A stretch of 64,000 bases of DNA from an uncultured beta proteobacterium (lineage in GTDB: Bacteria > Pseudomonadota > Gammaproteobacteria > Burkholderiales > Casimicrobiaceae). The notes beneath the pieces were generated by a model. The model did not search any database, was not told the origin of the DNA, and saw nothing but the letters and a program-made list of their open reading frames with translations. Each line of letters begins with the position of its first letter. The stretch's first letter is position 1. Location: contig CAWHIS010000018.1 in assembly GCA_963829375.1 (NCBI GenBank), forward strand, positions 46,992-110,991. The letters are read 5' to 3'. The position numbers were made by a program, and so were the translations under genes. This document shows positions 63,087 to 64,000 of the stretch, piece by piece.

Positions 63087-64000
63087 CCACAACCAAAACA
63101 GAAGCCGTCGCCGAAAAAGCCGCCTGCGATCCCGTCGCGCTGGCTGCGTCGTACGCCAGCGCCGCCGACAAGAGCGCCAAGCTGCTCGGTGAGTTTGTAT
63201 CGCGCAAGACAGGGTCGGGCGCTTCGCTGGCTTCGGATGAACTCGGCTTGTCCAAGGCGTTTTTCGAGCTCGCCGCAAAAATGCTGTCGAACCCGTACCG
63301 CATGGCCGAAACCCAGTTGAACCTGATGTGGGATTACTCGGCATTGTGGCAAGCGTCGATGCTGAAGCTGCTTGGACAGTCGCCGCAACCCGTGGCAGAG
63401 CCGGCCAAAGGCGACAAACGCTTCAAGCACGAAGACTGGCAGGAGCATTTTCTGTTCGACTACATCAAGCAGTCGTATCTGATCGCGGCGCGCTGGCTGC
63501 ACAAGTCCGTCGCCAACGTCGAAGGACTCGACGAACACACCCAGAAGAAGGTCGACTTCTTCACGCGCCAATATATCGATGCGTTGGCGCCGTCCAATTT
63601 TGCGTTGACGAATCCGGAGGTCTTCCGCGAAACGGTTTCGACCGGAGGGCAAAACCTCGTCAAGGGCCTCAACAATCTGCTCGACGATATCGAGCGCGGC
63701 AACGGCAAGCTCAAGATCTCGATGACCGACAGCACGGCCTTCGAACTCGGTGTGAACATCGCCACGACACCGGGCAAGGTCGTGTACCAGAACGATCTGC
63801 TCCAGTTGATCCAGTACGAACCGTCGACCAAGAAGGTCCACAAGCGCCCGTTGCTGATCATGCCACCCTGGATCAACAAGTACTACATCCTCGACCTGCG
63901 CGAGAAGAATTCGCTGGTGCGCTGGTGCGTCGAGCAAGGGCTGACCGTGTTCGTCATTTCGTGGGTCAATCCGGACGCTCGCCTCGCCGGCAAGGACTTC
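63083..64000 (+). CDS. phaC: class I poly(R)-hydroxyalkanoate synthase (partial, 3' end beyond the window)
   Basis: Absent from the ORF track because there is no stop in the window. My own translation from the ATG at 63083 gives MTTTKTEAV...KGDKRFKHEDWQEHFLFDYIKQSYL...FFTRQYIDALAPSNFALTNPEV...LIQYEPSTKKVHKRPLLIMPPWINKYYILDL...GLTVFVISWVNPD, the classic PhaC N-terminal domain. Confidence 0.9.
   Translation, partial: MTTTKTEAVAEKAACDPVALAASYASAADKSAKLLGEFVSRKTGSGASLASDELGLSKAFFELAAKMLSNPYRMAETQLNLMWDYSALWQASMLKLLGQSPQPVAEPAKGDKRFKHEDWQEHFLFDYIKQSYLIAARWLHKSVANVEGLDEHTQKKVDFFTRQYIDALAPSNFALTNPEVFRETVSTGGQNLVKGLNNLLDDIERGNGKLKISMTDSTAFELGVNIATTPGKVVYQNDLLQLIQYEPSTKKVHKRPLLIMPPWINKYYILDLREKNSLVRWCVEQGLTVFVISWVNPDARLAGKDF

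Noticed and set aside
62975-63937. 320-aa minus-strand ORF
   Set aside because: It is antisense to the unmistakable phaC N-terminal domain, which the ORF track omits only because it has no stop in the window.

Overview
High-GC chromosomal segment, about 70% G+C in hand-counted coding samples, with Burkholderiales-type betaproteobacterial synteny. Nearly all of it is coding, in tightly packed operons with many ATGA/TGATG start-stop overlaps. In order:
(1) thiE-thiD, rubredoxin and gloA.
(2) A complete aa3-type cytochrome c oxidase biogenesis operon on the minus strand: DUF2244, coxB, ctaD, small protein, ctaG, ctaE, DUF2909 (plus strand), SURF1, CxxxC membrane protein, cyoE, SCO.
(3) A housekeeping block: bioC, comF, trmL, gpsA, SH3 protein, secB, grxC, rhodanese, ctpA, moeB, DUF4864, TPR-GT41, slmA, argB.
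(4) A 14.4-kb LPS core/O-antigen-initiation cluster (22.9-37.3 kb): two GT9 heptosyltransferases, three GT4-type transferases, msbA, waaL-like ligase, WbpM-like dehydratase and WbpL/WecA-like initiating transferase. It is interrupted by a low-GC SEC-C/TPR/methyltransferase gene.
(5) Two paralogous porins flanking coq7, then cca, an SDR, slt, purE and a low-GC UDP-glucuronate decarboxylase.
(6) A 14.7-kb expanded leucine/isovalerate (liu) catabolic supercluster with liuR and a perfect 16-bp palindromic operator.
(7) An MBL-fold hydrolase coupled to a 3'-truncated class I phaC.
I found no rRNA, tRNA, CRISPR array, transposase, integrase or phage genes. I do not see a clear novel multi-gene system. 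The points most worth a second look are:
- four independent single-nucleotide (+1) frame disruptions in conserved genes, all within the first 25 kb;
- the horizontally acquired-looking SEC-C/TPR/MTase gene inside the LPS cluster;
- the non-canonical passengers of the liu cluster;
- the cysteine-pair loop insertions in one of the two porins.
All functional calls come from reading the translated ORFs against remembered family motifs. No database search was run.
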